Of a stretch of 36,128 bases of DNA, positions 35,671-36,128 are shown in pieces. How positions within the stretch are numbered: position 1 is the stretch's first letter; each line of letters opens with the position of its first letter. The notes below the pieces were generated by a model. It was not told the origin of the DNA. It searched no databases and saw only the letters and a program-made list of their open reading frames with translations. The DNA comes from a virus. Its lineage: Duplodnaviria > Caudoviricetes. Made by a program: the position numbers and the translations under genes. The DNA is taken from the IMG/VR virus record IMGVR_UViG_3300030372_003559, positions 1 to 36,128 of that record; one strand, written 5' to 3'.

Positions 35671-35844
35671 ATGAAAGAAAAAAACCATGTAGTAATTGAA
35701 ACATATGAGATAATGATAGAAGATTATCAAAAAAATTTAGGAAAAATTACCGATTATAATATTGAGATTACTAAAGATATGATAGACATTTTAAAAACAA
35801 GGCTTTTACACTTAAGAGTTAGGAGAATACCATGTTCACTATAA
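35671..35844 (+). CDS. 57 aa hypothetical protein (not in track)
   Basis: AAAGGA SD; MKEKNHVVIETYEIMIEDY...IPCSL*. Confidence 0.7.
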   Translation: MKEKNHVVIETYEIMIEDYQKNLGKITDYNIEITKDMIDILKTRLLHLRVRRIPCSL

Positions 35845-36044
35845 GTATAATAAAAAAGTTCCTTATATGGGCAAATTTAGGCTTATATCATAAAAGTAAA
35901 CCACTACATCAACTAGAAGTGCAGAATGATTCGCCACATTTTAAAATTAATGACTTAAGTGATGGTGAATTAAATGATGTAATAATGAAGTTTAACAAAA
36001 CATTAGGAGTATCAGATGCCGAACAAATCCAAAGAGAAGGGTAA
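35832..36044 (+). CDS. Hypothetical protein
   Basis: 70 aa, AGGAG SD. Confidence 0.6.
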   Translation: MFTISIIKKFLIWANLGLYHKSKPLHQLEVQNDSPHFKINDLSDGELNDVIMKFNKTLGVSDAEQIQREG

Positions 36045-36128
36045 TAGATTTGAAAGACAACTTGTTATGTTGTTTGAGTCATTTAAATTTAAGGCTGTCC
36101 GAGCTTGGGGAAGTAATGGTAAGTCTTT
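36016..36128 (+). CDS. 5' part of the Hjc-like resolvase, continuing at nt 1-318
   Basis: AGGAG SD before ATG 36016; in frame with nt 1. Confidence 0.8.
   Translation, partial: MPNKSKEKGNRFERQLVMLFESFKFKAVRAWGSNGKS
36028..36128. repeat. Terminal direct repeat, copy 2
   Basis: Matches 1-101 with one mismatch. Confidence 0.97.

Noticed and set aside
1-36128. Stop-codon recoding, tRNA genes, integrase or attP
   Set aside because: Genes read full length in the standard code with dense packing; no cloverleaf or recombinase motifs were recognised by eye.

Overview
The window appears to be a complete, circularly assembled tailed-phage (siphovirus-like) genome of about 36,027 bp. The last 101 nt (36028-36128) repeat nt 1-101 with one mismatch, and a Holliday-junction-resolvase-like ORF reads across the join. 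It is AT-rich and probably marine; a Marinimicrobia-like host is inferred only from dockerin/cohesin-like domains and low GC. The + strand early/replication arm (28.3 kb through the join to 1.9 kb) carries many tiny genes joined by a repeated junction motif, an RHH regulator, an ERF recombinase, an SSB-like protein, a replication initiator, two DNA methyltransferases and several nucleases. The - strand late arm (23.3 kb to 1.86 kb) carries scaffold, capsid, a head-spike-like pair with a LamG fibre, lysis genes, four very basic peptides, neck, tail tube, frameshifted chaperones, tape measure and tail-tip genes. The terL-portal block is inverted relative to terS and the head genes. No integrase, polymerase, tRNA, CRISPR array or reverse transcriptase was recognised. 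The strongest leads are: (1) a tail-tip protein with a C-terminal type I dockerin next to a cohesin-like gene; (2) an SD-led second protein in the +1 frame inside the C5 methyltransferase gene; (3) a structured ~200 nt non-coding element; (4) an RcGTA-like head spike base plus LamG fibre; (5) a shared motif in front of the three late transcription units; (6) the repeated junction motif in the early mini-gene array. All protein calls are by eye from motifs, without database searches.
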